64,000 bases of DNA from Antedon mediterranea (Eukaryota; Animalia; Echinodermata): positions 8,820,422-8,884,421 of the forward strand of contig NC_092678.1 of NCBI RefSeq assembly GCF_964355755.1, written 5' to 3'. This document shows, one piece after another, positions 12,005 to 23,849 of the stretch (its first letter is position 1; every line of letters starts with the position of its first letter). Both the position numbers and the translations under genes were made by a program. The notes beneath the pieces are model-generated. The model did no database searches. It worked only from the letters and a program-made list of their open reading frames with translations, and had not been told where the DNA came from.

Positions 12005-14090
12005 ATGTCGAAGGAAGACGCTTTGTTGAAGATCCGAGAAATAGATGAAGAAGTGGCCAACATTTTAACAGGTTCGTAGGCCTAATAATTATATTTTAAT
12101 CTACCAGCAGTCTAGGCCTAGCCTAGGCTCCTTCCTATTTAGTAATACTGTAGGCCTGGAACTAGTAGGTCTAGGCTAGCCTACTATGCCTGTACTGACG
12201 GACAGGTGTATAGGTTTAGCTTAGCATTTTAGTTCAGACATTGACAGAGGGGACAAATATTGTCGGACCTATTTCAGCTAGGTATAAGGAAGGCCTAATA
12301 ATAGATAATACAATTATAATGTAACAGTTATTTTGCAATGTAGCCATGAAATATCTACGAAGGATTATATTATATACACATATTCCAATGAGAAATATAA
12401 TGACATTTAAAAACACTTCTTTATATTTAATTAATTGTACACACTAAGTAATCCCCGAAGTGATCACATCGATATTGAAACTTAATGTTTTTAACTCTAA
12501 ATTTTTAAAAAAACATACTAAAAAAACAAACAAAAAACATACGTACTGCATAACTAAAATTGTTATATTAAATTTCTTTTTTTATCTTAAATTATTTGTT
12601 AGGTAATTGAAGAAGTTCGAAGGATACTAATTATTACTAGGCAAAGAGGAATGAAATACAAAAGAAAGCTTTTTAAAAAAGTGCTTAGCAAATTTTTCCA
12701 AAGAAGGGAATAATATAGTTTATTTTGGTATTTTAAAGAGAAACACCAGTCCTCCATCTGGTAAGTACAGTGTATGTTTTTGTACTTTTATCTATTCATA
12801 AATATTTTTATAATGGACCAATGGTAGTGAGGAAAATACGTGTACATATTGTGTACGTATTTTTAACAGCTTGGTTCGACTCAAGCTAGTGTCATGCACT
12901 CCTCCCTTTGACAACTAAAATTAAATAAATGACTTATGAATATTAATTTTTGACATATTAATGCTCTCCTGGCCAGCCCACCCTTTCCCCTTCCTTTTAC
13001 ATTGACCACCTACAAAACTGTAGGCTACATTATTAAAAATTTGAGCTACAGTATATCAAGTTTATGCCCATACATTATTCCACTCATTTAAATAAATTTA
13101 TATAATATAATGTTTTCAATTTGTTATTTTTGGTTAGGTTCAAAGATAACCCATATGTTGTCAAATCTGTCAAACATATTTGTTGGGAAAAACTCATCAA
13201 AAAAAGTCTGCCGACCTTGAAGGTATTTAGTGTTTTTAAAAATTTAAAATACAAGTAACATTATGTACATTAAAAAAAAATATCTTAAAGTGTTTTTTTA
13301 AAATCAAATTTATCTTAGCTTAAAATTCGAGGTATATACTATGTTTACAATAATTTATTAAAATCAAACAATTAAACAAAATTTACATTTAATTGTATGA
13401 TTGTTATTATAAACATTGATACAGAATAAAAACATCAATCAGGATTGAGCACCGTTTTGCCTAAATAGTAATATTAAAAATAAATTTAGACCCTAATAAT
13501 TTAACTAAAAATAATAGATACAGCCAGGCCTGTCTTTGGGATCGGTATAAACAGGGCAAAGTTTGTGATTAAAAAGTTCAAATGCATATTCCACCCACCC
13601 TTATGTCTTATAATGTAAAATTATTCTTACCACCGTTCTAATATTGCGTCATGTTTTTGTGTTTACCGCCCCAGATATAGGACTCTAAAACCACACCGTA
13701 CCCAATTAGTTGATGATGTTACACATATTTTAAATACAGTAATAACTAAAACTATATTAATCTCTTTTCATTTTTAGGAACATGAATAAAGATCCAGAAT
13801 CCTGGTCTTCACGCCGATCAGGTAATATGCCGGTATTGCTTTTGGACACAGAAATGGCCTACATTAAAGTTTAGCAAACAATTCTAACTACAAAGAAAGC
13901 AAAATTAGATGAGGCTCTAGTTACTCTCCTCTCCACTTTTTACCTTCTGGATTTCGATTATCCAAAATGAAAAGAAGTAGGCCTCACTATCCTTTAACAG
14001 TTAGTGATTTGTGATGAAAACACACCTGTACACTTGACAAAGGCTGTTGAATCATCATTAGTATACATTAATAAATTTAAAGACACCTAA
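12005..14090 (+). pseudogene. Degenerate spliced accessory ORF of the CACTA-like element (SAMD3-like ORF2 type)
   Basis: First exon MSKEDALLKIREIDEEVANILT|gt. Further exon-like pieces lie near 12603-12760, 13138-13222 and 13778-14090. The last encodes DEALVTLLSTFYLLDFDYPK...VGLTIL, resembling the A...LF..YY.FNL.YP motif of animal EnSpm accessory proteins. Confidence 0.55.
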
Positions 14091-14384
14091 TAGTTTAAAG
14101 CCCAGGTGCGGGAGAAGAATTTTACGAAATTTGTATTTTACCATTTTAATGTTTTTAAGTTTTCTTTTGATGGCATTTTATTATTAATAAAAACAAGTTT
14201 GTTTTAAAGAAGTTGTATATATTATTGTACCTAATGTCATGTAAATTGTAGTTCTTAATGAAAATAACAGTATTGTTAATATTATGTTTTATAACATTCT
14301 TGAATTTATTTGTTTAAGTAAAATATTACTTAAAATGAGTATTCATTTATTGTTCTTAAAATAAATTTTTAGTGATTTATATTT

Positions 14385-15900
14385 TATAGAATTCTTGTTT
14401 CAAGCAATTTTTTTCCCAATATAAGTAAGAATTTACGAATTTTAATTTGATAGAATTCTTGTTTCAAGCAATACTTTTCTTAAAATAAGTAAACATTTAC
14501 TGGTTTTTATTTGATAGACTTCTTGTTTACTTATTTTAAAAAAAGTTTTGCTTGAAACAAGAATTCTACAAATAAAAATCGGAATATTCTTACTTATTTT
14601 AAGAAATATATTGCTTGAAACAAGAAAACTAAAAATATAAATCGGAATATTCTTACTTATTTTAAGAAAAATATTGCTTAAAACAAGAATTCTAAAAAAT
14701 ACAAACCGGAATATTCTTACTTATTTTAAGAAAAATATTGCTTGAAACAAGAATTCTACAAATAAAAATCGGAATATTCTTACTTATTTAAAGAAATATA
14801 TTGCTTGAAACAAGAATTCAAAAAATACAAATCGGAATATTCTTACTTATTTTAAGAAAAATATTGCTTGAAACAAGAATTCAAAAAATACAAATCGGAA
14901 TATTCTTACTTATTTTAAGAAAAATATTGCTTGAAACAAGAATTCTACAAATAAAAATCGGAATATTCTTACTTAATTTAAGAAAAATATTGCTTGAAAC
15001 AAGAATTCAAAAAATACAAATCGGAATATTCTTACTTATTTTAAGAAATATATTGCTTGAAACAAGAATATTAAAATTAAAAATCGGAATATTCTTACTT
15101 ATTTTAAGAAAAATATTGCTTAAAACAAGAATTCTAAAAAATACAAATCGGAATATTCTTACTTATTTTAAGAAAAATATTGCTTGAAACAAGAATTCTA
15201 CAAATAAAAATCGGAATATTCTTACTTATTTTAAGAAATATTTTGCTTGAAACAAGAATTCAAAAAATACAAATCGGAATATTCTTACTTATTTTAAGAA
15301 AAAAATTGCTTGAAGCAAGAATTCAAAAAATACAAATCGGAATATTCTTACTTATTTTAAGAAAAATATTGCTTGAAACAAGAATTCAAAAAATACAAAT
15401 CGGAATATTCTTACTTATTTTAAGAAAAATATTGCTTGAAACAAGAATTCAAAAAATAAAAATCGGAATATTCTTACTTATTTTAAGAAATATCTTGCTT
15501 GAAACAAGAATTAAAAAAAATACAAATCGGAATATTCTTACTTATTTTAAGAAATATATTGCTTGAAACAAGAATTCTATAAAATACAAATCGGAATATT
15601 CTTACTTATTTTAAGAAATATCTTGCTTGAAACAAGAATTCAAAAAAATACAAATCGGAATATTCTTACTTATTTTAAGAAATATATTGCTTGAAACAAG
15701 AATTCTATAAAATACAAATCGGAATATTCTTACTTATTTTAAGAAATATATTGCTTGAAACAAGAAAACTAAAAATATAAATCGGAATATTCTTACTTAT
15801 TTTAAGAAAAATATTGCTTGAAACAAGAATTCTATTTTAAAAAATCGATAAATTGTTACTTATTTTAAGGCAGATACTGCTTAAAACAAGAATGAAAAAA
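14385..15900. repeat. Right subterminal tandem array, 63-bp unit (about 20 copies), with inverted copies before about 14530
   Basis: ttgcttgaaacaagaattcaaaaaatacaaatcggaatattcttacttattttaagaaaaata is repeated. This produces the spurious 21-aa-periodic ORFs. Confidence 0.95.
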
Positions 15901-18214
15901 GCAATTAAATTCTTGGTAAGAATATTGTTCTTAAAGTATTATTTCTTGGTAAGAATAATTTTCTTGATAAGAATTTGTGTGATTCTTGTTAAGAATTTTA
16001 CGATTCTTGGTAAGCCAAAAAGTATTGAAATACGGACAAGTCAAAATTTACTTGTTTCAAGAAATATTTTGCTTGAAACAAGTTTTTTTTTTCTTAAAAC
16101 AAGAATCAGAATTTTGCTGTGTACATGCAGTACCAAGCGATAAGAGGGGTGGGGCTTGCGGGGCGAGTTAGAATGTAAGCGTTCCATGATAAAATATCTA
16201 TTTGACAAAAAAAAATATTCGAAAAAATCCTAATGTTAAGGACATGCGATGATCTTTTTGAAAAATTTACTATCTTCATTTTGGAGTCGAGGAAATGTGT
16301 TCAGTTGCTCAATTATTTTAATTCTTACCAATCAGGCCATGTACGTCATCGGAGAAACCTCTTCCAACGTCCACATATAATCCCAAGTAATACACTTGTA
16401 GAGCTCCCACGTGGATACCTATGCCGCATTATAACCAATGTAATATCTGTACCAATCATGACTCGAATTTGATCATTTTCCCCGATGAGCGATAAATATT
16501 GATCACCCAGCCAATTTATGTTTTGCCACCTGATGACAACCTCATGTAACTTTGCATATGACGGTGTTACAACTATCGTTCTATTTCTATACTTCAAGTG
16601 TATTTCTCTTAACAACGGTCGATGCTCTGCATTTTGGTAATGGGACTCGACAATTAGTGTACCAGTAACCTTGATCCCTATGAAAACACAAATACCAATG
16701 TATTACTATTATTTTTAAGCTTATACAAATAGCCTAAATGGCCAGAATTCTTTACGCACATCTACTACATCATCTTTAAATTTTGTTTTATAAATTACCT
16801 GAACAAATTTAATAAAATAAAAACAGATAAGCTTATATTTATTTGGTTCTCGTTATCCTTAAGTTTCTATCATAGGCAAATTATGTATCCCTGAGACGCT
16901 GGTATAATAAACCACAACCTTAACCTAACCAAACCAAACCTAACCTTAACTTACTATTATTGTAACCTTTGATCGTAATTAGTGGTAGTGTAACAGTAGT
17001 CATTATAACTACTGTAATAGATACAGTAAGTCTACTGGGAATCAAGCGCAATCTCTATACAAAATACGGAAAATCACTACATTATTGATAACTGAATCAT
17101 TATATATAATCAAAATGCAGCAAAATATCCGTCATACGCCCACAAGTGTGGCCGTCTATCAGCTGAAACTCTCGCACTGTTATTTTTTCCTAATTCAATG
17201 AAGGATGTTCGATTATGTATGTACTGTATTTTAAAAAGTCAAAGTCTGGAAATTGTCTTAAATTTAAAATGTTCATTCTTTTCAATCAAGAACATTCTAC
17301 ATTTATCTATGCAGTTATTTATTTTTGTCTTAATTCCTGCGCGTAACCTAACGATTTGAATTTGATTTCATAATATGATCACCAGATGACTGCCAATTAT
17401 TGACACGGTAATGTTGCTTAAAGATTTTGGTTCCGTAATAACAACTTTTTATTCGCACAGCTGATACAGGAACTTTGGGTTGAATATAAACTCAATTATA
17501 GGATATAATTCACATTTAGTTTTACTTATAGACATACATATACCTTGTTTCGGATCTTGAATTAAACGATAAGCATCACCTGGGTAGCTTTCAATGTTGA
17601 AGCAAACGTATAAGTTTGAATTCGGTATTCTAACAAGATATTGATTATCGCCCACACCTGAAATACAATTTTTTAAAAATGTGGTAAGTGATGATTTTGT
17701 TTAAACTACCTTTTGTGTATCTAGGTGTGGCATATGGACTTAAGCCTGCACTTAACCCTTGCAACGATGTCATTGTAATGATGATCTATAAACATTTGAT
17801 TGTACTACACATACAGGCCTACTATTTCCATTGTGTTTTTGTTGGGTTTTTTTTCAAATGACACCCACTTCCATATCATGTGGCCAGGCACAACAGACTT
17901 GGAATAATGGGAATGAATTGTTTGCTATGGGTATTAAGAACCTAACCCTCTGAATAATCTCTCTCAAATTAAAGTAAGTTATGGCCTGGTGCTGTAGGCC
18001 TTTCTAGTCTAGGTCACGGTACACCATACCCTGGCTTGGCCTGCTAGGCTTGGCCTACTTACATTGGAAATAATTCGGGGTCGTCATCTTTCTTTTGGCA
18101 TTTATACGCCATATGACCCTTAAAAGCTTTCTTTTTTTACGAAAATATTTTTTAACGATCTGACCGCCAGTAACTTCAACTTTAAGCGAATTTCTTCAAC
18201 TGACGCCTGTCGCT

Positions 18215-18610
18215 TTGTTCATTCAATCATTTAAACATTTATTTCAGACTGAAATAATATACGCATAATACAAAATAATAATTAAAGAAAAAAGTACAAG
18301 GCAGTCAGGGCACTTAAAGAAATTAAAGTTTAAAATGTATGAATAACCTGTTTTAAAAATCAAGACAAGGTTAAGTTCTTTGTATTGAGAAATAATAGTA
18401 TCTTCTTTCTTTGTTAACGGAAGGCAGGAAGAGATATACTAATTTGTAATCTATTGTTAATATTGTTCCATACACTTTGGGCCAGATACAGAAATACAAT
18501 GTTTAGAAGTCTCATTTGAACTGGCCTTCAGGCATTATTTGTTTGTTTTGTTTACAGTTATGTTCAGTAACTTAATAATCGTTATTATTGTAACAAAATC
18601 GTTAAAACAA
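18215..18610 (-). mobile_element. Old LINE (L2/Jockey-like) 3'-end fragment
   Basis: The minus strand reads RTSKHCISVSGP(frameshift)VWNNI, the typical ORF2 C-terminal GP..WN motif, and ends in aataaatgtttaaatgattgaatgaa. Confidence 0.5.
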
Positions 18611-20842
18611 ACGGAATGTTTTGATATTTTATTCGATAGTTATTAGCTATTTCGAAACTTGAATGTTGGCCAGGAAAAATATTTGGCAATATGTATGAAT
18701 AGTTTGAATCCAAAACAGTTAGGAACATATATACAGTTTTAAGTGGAGTTAAATTAAAGTCATAACTTACTAGTTTCTTTTGTTGTCCGGCTGTTTGCTG
18801 GTAAATTAAAAATAATTAAGATTTTAATGCAAGACACGGAACTCTTAACATAAACAAAAAAATACTTTAATTATTCCTCTTATTATAATGTTATAAAAAC
18901 AATTGTTTCAGATAATTTTATTATACAGATAATTCAGTTTGTTTGTCGTATTGACTAATGTTTAGAAACAGTGGATGGTTTAAAATAGGACAGCATCTTC
19001 CGCATGTCCCCTCAGACTTGTTAAAATACAACACATCTTTTACCAATTTTTAAGTCTAGATGTCTATTTTTATTAGTATAAATATTATTCTGTATACATA
19101 TATTTCCGTCACCCCCTTATGTGAAATATCGGGATGTAGGACTATTCTGATTATTGTTGTAGTCAAATAGAAAAATTACAAAATCTCATGCACACATTTT
19201 TTGCATATACGGGCTTTCGAGTTCTTTACCTGTTAACTTAGGCCTACTAGTTTCTTGTGTTGGTTCACTGGTTGCTAAAAGATATAATAGTACAAATAGC
19301 ATTAATAATTTGAATTAAAATTCGGTACTTAACAGTGAATAAACAACTTGAACACTAATTAATGTTATTTTCGCCGTCGTCTTCAATTAGAAAAACTTTT
19401 GTTTCTATGCATAGTTATATGTAAAACTATATGCTTAGAAGAGAATTATTAGAATTAAACAGGTATTTTGTTTCAAGCCTTTGCTCCAGCAATACTTAAT
19501 GTAGGAATAACGTTTGTGAAAATGTAAAATCCACGTCGGTCACAAAGGCATTTCTATATTGCATTAAAATAATTTACATGCTATAGAACAGTCTCTGCTT
19601 TTATCCACAACATTCATTTATTTTATTTGTTAAAATCAACTCTATCATTTTTATAATCAAACTGTTAATTACAATTCTTGAAGCATGCTTAACACACTAT
19701 TTTCGTGGTTTCGAGGTTCCCTACACAGAAATAGCTTAATTGATCCAAAAAATTGACTGGGGTAATCATGTAGAGTTTTTACAACATTAGGCGCTATATA
19801 AATCCAGGATATTATTATTATTATTATTAATTTGTACAGCTTTAGATTGTACTTTCATAGAACAAATGTAAAAGGGATTTACTAAGAGTTTCATCCACTT
19901 TAATTAAAATGCTAATTTTAAAAGCAATATTTTTATTTATATTTATATTGGCGAATATGATCATTTCAGGTAAGCTATCGTCAATTTGAATTCCTATGTA
20001 ACCGATTTTGTTTAATACTTCAACTGCATGTTCCATTATCCATCTAGATATTCAGAGGGATTTGATGGCGTACATTTTTAGTTTTATTGAGTTTGGTTTT
20101 TCTAATTTATCAAATTTAAACCACAGATATTTTATTGAATTTTGAAAGCAATCCGAACCATGGATCCCATTATGGACTAACTTTTTATAATTCACGTTTA
20201 AACCACAAATAGATAGGCATATTTGGTCACGGAAGACTCCATTCAATTGGAGGGAATCCGGACCAGAATTCCAATTCTTAAGCCCTTTTTATTATTTTCT
20301 TATTATAGGCCGTACGTTAAAACTACAAGACGGTTCTTTTTCAAGATTCTTGATCCTTTTTCTTTTTTAACACCTGGCTGTAGTTGCATCTTTCAGATTA
20401 ATTTTGTTTATAATAATATTTATACAAACTATGAAGAGGATGCGCCCAAATCAAGCACTACGTTAGCAAACACGCAAGATCCCGAAAATACTATACAAAT
20501 TGGAGAAGATCAGCTATAAAAAATAAAAATAAATAGGTCCAAGGGATATCAGTTTCAATATATTTTTAGCCACTAAACTTTACTATTCTTACGTTGGTGT
20601 AAATACAGTAACTTTAAGCTCAACTTATTTCCTTTTAAAACCATCATTTTTCGAATGGCCAATAACATCCAAATTATTCTAATTATGAAAAAAATACAGG
20701 CACAGATCATTTCATTCAATTGTCATTCAGATTTTCCAACCATTCATCTATAACTTAATAGAGACAAGTGAGTGTAAAATGTTTTTTTTTCTAAATATAT
20801 ATATATATATAAACAAATCAGGCAAAGAACATTAATTCTAAA

Positions 20843-20975
<133 letters not shown>

Positions 20976-21191
20976 CATACGATATCATCAATCATATGAT
21001 TTATATATAATTTACACAGTGCTACGCAACATCATTGATTTACATATAGGCCTACACAATATTATTTAAAAAACCGTTGCGAATTAAAGTTGGAATTTAT
21101 TCTGACTTGTTAAGCCTCCACTGATTGTGAGGGCGTTTGTTGTATGAGAGAATGTATCTGGTGGGTGAAAATCTGTGATAATACCATACAT

Positions 21192-21262
21192 GGCTCTGTG
21201 GTCTAGTGGTATGATACTCGCCCTGTAAGCGAGAGGTTGCAGGTTCGAATCCAGCCAGAGAC
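21192..21262 (+). pseudogene. tRNA-Pro-like sequence (pseudo-tRNA or SINE head) followed by T6
   Basis: GGCTCTGTGGTCTAGTGGTATGATACTCGC-CCTGTAA-GCGAGAGGTTGCAGGTTCGAATCCAGCCAGAGAC has A and B boxes and the CTCGC/GCGAG anticodon stem of tRNA-Pro. The loop is altered, lacks U33, and the stems contain mismatches. Confidence 0.75.
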
Positions 21263-21661
21263 ATTTTTTCATACAACTAAAAAATACGGAACTTTCGCCA
21301 ATGAGCTATGCTCGACGCGATTATGAGATCATGTTCCGAATATGAGCACTGTTTCTATAATTTACAGTATGATTTATATATAATTTACACAGTGCTACGC
21401 AACATCATTGATTTATATATATATATAAATCAATGATGTTGCGTAGCACTGTGTAAATTATATATAAATCATACCATAAATTATAGAAACAGTGCTCATA
21501 TTCGGAACATCATCTCATATATATATATATATAAATCAATGATGTTGCGTAGCACTGTGTAAATTATATATAAATCATACCGTAAATTATAGAAACAGTG
21601 CTCATATTCGGAACATGATCTCATTGGCGAAAGTTCCGTATTTTTAGTTGTATGAAAAAAT

Positions 21662-21732
21662 GTCTCTGGCGGGATTCGAACCTGCAACCTCTCGCTTACA
21701 GGGCGAGTATCATACTACTAGACCACAGAGCC
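21662..21732 (-). pseudogene. Second, inverted copy of the tRNA-Pro-like sequence
   Basis: Reverse complement of 21192-21262 with about 2 substitutions. Confidence 0.75.
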
Positions 21733-22107
21733 ATGTATGGTATTATCACAGATTTCCACCCACCAGATACATTCTCTCATACAACTTTCGCCAATGAGCT
21801 ATGCTCGACGCGATTATGAGATCATGTTCCGAATATGAGCACTGTTTCTATAATTTACAGTATGATTTATATATAATTTACACAGTGCTACGCAACATCA
21901 TTGATTTACATATACACAATATTATTTAAAAAACCGTTGCGATTTAAAGTTGGAATTTATTCTGACTTGTTAAGCCTCCACTGATTGTGAGGGCGTTTGT
22001 TGTATGAGAGAATGTATCTGGTGGGAACTTTCGACAATGAGCTATGCTCGACGCGATTATGAGATCATGTTCCGAATATGAGCACTGTTTCTATAATTTA
22101 CAGTATG

Positions 22108-22152
<45 letters not shown>

Positions 22153-23849
22153 AACCAAACGATATTATTTATGTCTATGTTTTATTGCCTTTAATGTCAC
22201 TTAATTATTGGTTATGTGTCTGTTTATAATAATGCAATGAAATCAGGACAAAATCTACCAATAACTAGACTTCTTATAGACAAATATTTGCTTAATATAT
22301 TTGCAACGAGAACGCCATTTGCCGTAGTATTTATGTCAGCATTGAAAAACAGCGTAAATATTAATTTTCTTTCGAAACCGGCAAGTTTCTTATTATAATA
22401 ACATTTTTTCTATAATACCGGTAGTAACACAATGATCTAACAGCGGAAACATTTAAACCACACGTTCTTATATAAACAAAGGGATAACAAAAAATATAAC
22501 AAAAATTTCGTCATAGCATGGATAAAATAAATAGAAGGATATGTATCAGCGGTAACATCAACATATTATCCAACGTGCTAGCATTTTTTTCCTGTAGTAT
22601 TGTTTTGTAAGCATTGTTAGTAAAAATGTAAATGGAACAAGAATTTTTTTTTCAACTATTAAAATGTTTCAGTAAAATTTGTCTATAAATGTTAAAAAGT
22701 AAGAACTACAAGAAAAAAGTCAGGCATATGAGATCGAAGAGAAAGCAAGAATGATTAGGATTAAAGTAACTCATCATTAAGATCATTTGTTAAATTATCG
22801 TGTTTAAGTGGGCAAGAGTATGAGAAAAGTATAGGAACAAGACCATCTATATGGCTGCAGTCACATGCGCAAATTTGAGTTAGTGTCTACCGACTGACCA
22901 ACCGACCGACGGTTGAAGATATCAGGATGTCTTGATTTGATTGAGATGTGTTTCTCGATAACAGAACAGTCATAAGATCCATATAGACATTTGCACACAA
23001 ATGAGATCAAAAGGAAGTTTCCTCTCGACTCAAAAGTCATGAGCTAATCTTCATCTTTAATCATAAACTGATAAAAAAAAAATGTGCATCTAAATTACGT
23101 GGCTTTTTGTTACCAGTTCAGCAATTTGCTGTGTGTTTTCAATAAAAATATTAGAAATATTTAGCCGTTTTTCAACAAATGCCTTGATTTTATGGATAGA
23201 TTCTTCTCTTTTAACGCCTTCAAATCGTACATTGAATAGCGTTTCATTTTAAGGACCTGGCAATCCAGGATCTCAATGCTAGTTTTTGCTTAGTCGATAC
23301 GCCTTTAAGTTTGTTTTCATACTCAGCGACCTTCTGCTCAAGCTTTGATAGTTTCAATTTCATTCAATCCGACCCAATATAGTTGATTTTTACTAGGCTA
23401 TCGATCTTAGCTTTTTTTATTTCAAAGTTCTCGCCATAATGCTTCCACATTCATCTCAGCGGGCGTTTTCAATGTCTGTTAGCAATTTTCTCCCTTTTTT
23501 CTAAACATAGTGAAAGTTTTTTTTTCTGTTTTCGGAAATCATTGTTAAAAATCAAAATTCAAGATTCAATTTTATTTGCCAATTTAAAATGGAAATAATA
23601 TGAGTACATTTTCAAAAATTCTAAAATGTAGGTCTATATTAATAAAATTATTACTATAAAAATATTAAAGCGTACTTGAGATATATTATTTAAAACAATG
23701 AAATACCACATGGATACAATATTTTAAAAGCAACATATAAGAACATCAAAAATACTATAAACATTACTTTAGACTGGTTCCAATAATTAGTTAAAATGTG
23801 CAATAAAAACTGGCGAAAAAAATAAAAGTGCTGACTTTACTAAGCTTAA

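Larger units (their letters stand above)
9109..16121. mobile_element. Internally deleted CACTA/EnSpm (CMC)-like DNA transposon lying in the last ITIH-like intron
   Basis: Termini TA|CACAGCAAAATT ... AATTTTGCTGTG|TA (TIR with a 2-bp TA duplication), long subterminal tandem arrays at both ends, and internal gene remnants. Confidence 0.85.
8476..17657 (-). pseudogene. Inter-alpha-trypsin inhibitor heavy chain C-terminal domain-like gene remnant; exons 17657-17544, 16677-16329, 8687-8476
   Basis: The exons read VGDNQYLVRIPNSNLYVCFNIESYPGDAYRLIQDPKQ / GIKVTGTLI...IVVTP...IMRH...(frameshift)YLGLYVDVGRGFSDDVHGLI / GQFY...CWFADNNGMGLIDGWHGD*. These match the ITIH C-terminal motifs CFNI..PG..L.QDP, LGFY...S..VHGLLGQF and CWF..NNG.GLIDG...DY. 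All junctions are phase-1 GT-AG. The middle exon is 349 nt (frameshifted), and TAG sits where Tyr is expected. Confidence 0.8.
20990..22150. repeat. Rearranged cassette (about 375-bp unit) present as direct, inverted and deleted copies between (TA)n tracts
   Basis: Blocks such as atgttccgaatatgagcactgtttctataatttacagtatgattt recur forward (21331, 21823, 22067) and reversed (near 21470-21510 and 21570-21620). Confidence 0.9.

Noticed and set aside
14530-15900. Regular repeat array resembling a CRISPR array or a repeat-protein ORF
   Set aside because: The units are contiguous and near-identical with no unique spacers, there are no cas genes, and the context is eukaryotic. It is a transposon subterminal array.
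21192-21262. Functional tRNA-Thr(TGT) gene
   Set aside because: The body is tRNA-Pro-like, the loop lacks U33, the acceptor and T stems have mismatches, and it lies in a rearranged repeat.
23070-23500. Possible decayed LINE ORF1 (coiled coil plus NVRFEGV...) on the - strand
   Set aside because: Too degenerate to support by eye.
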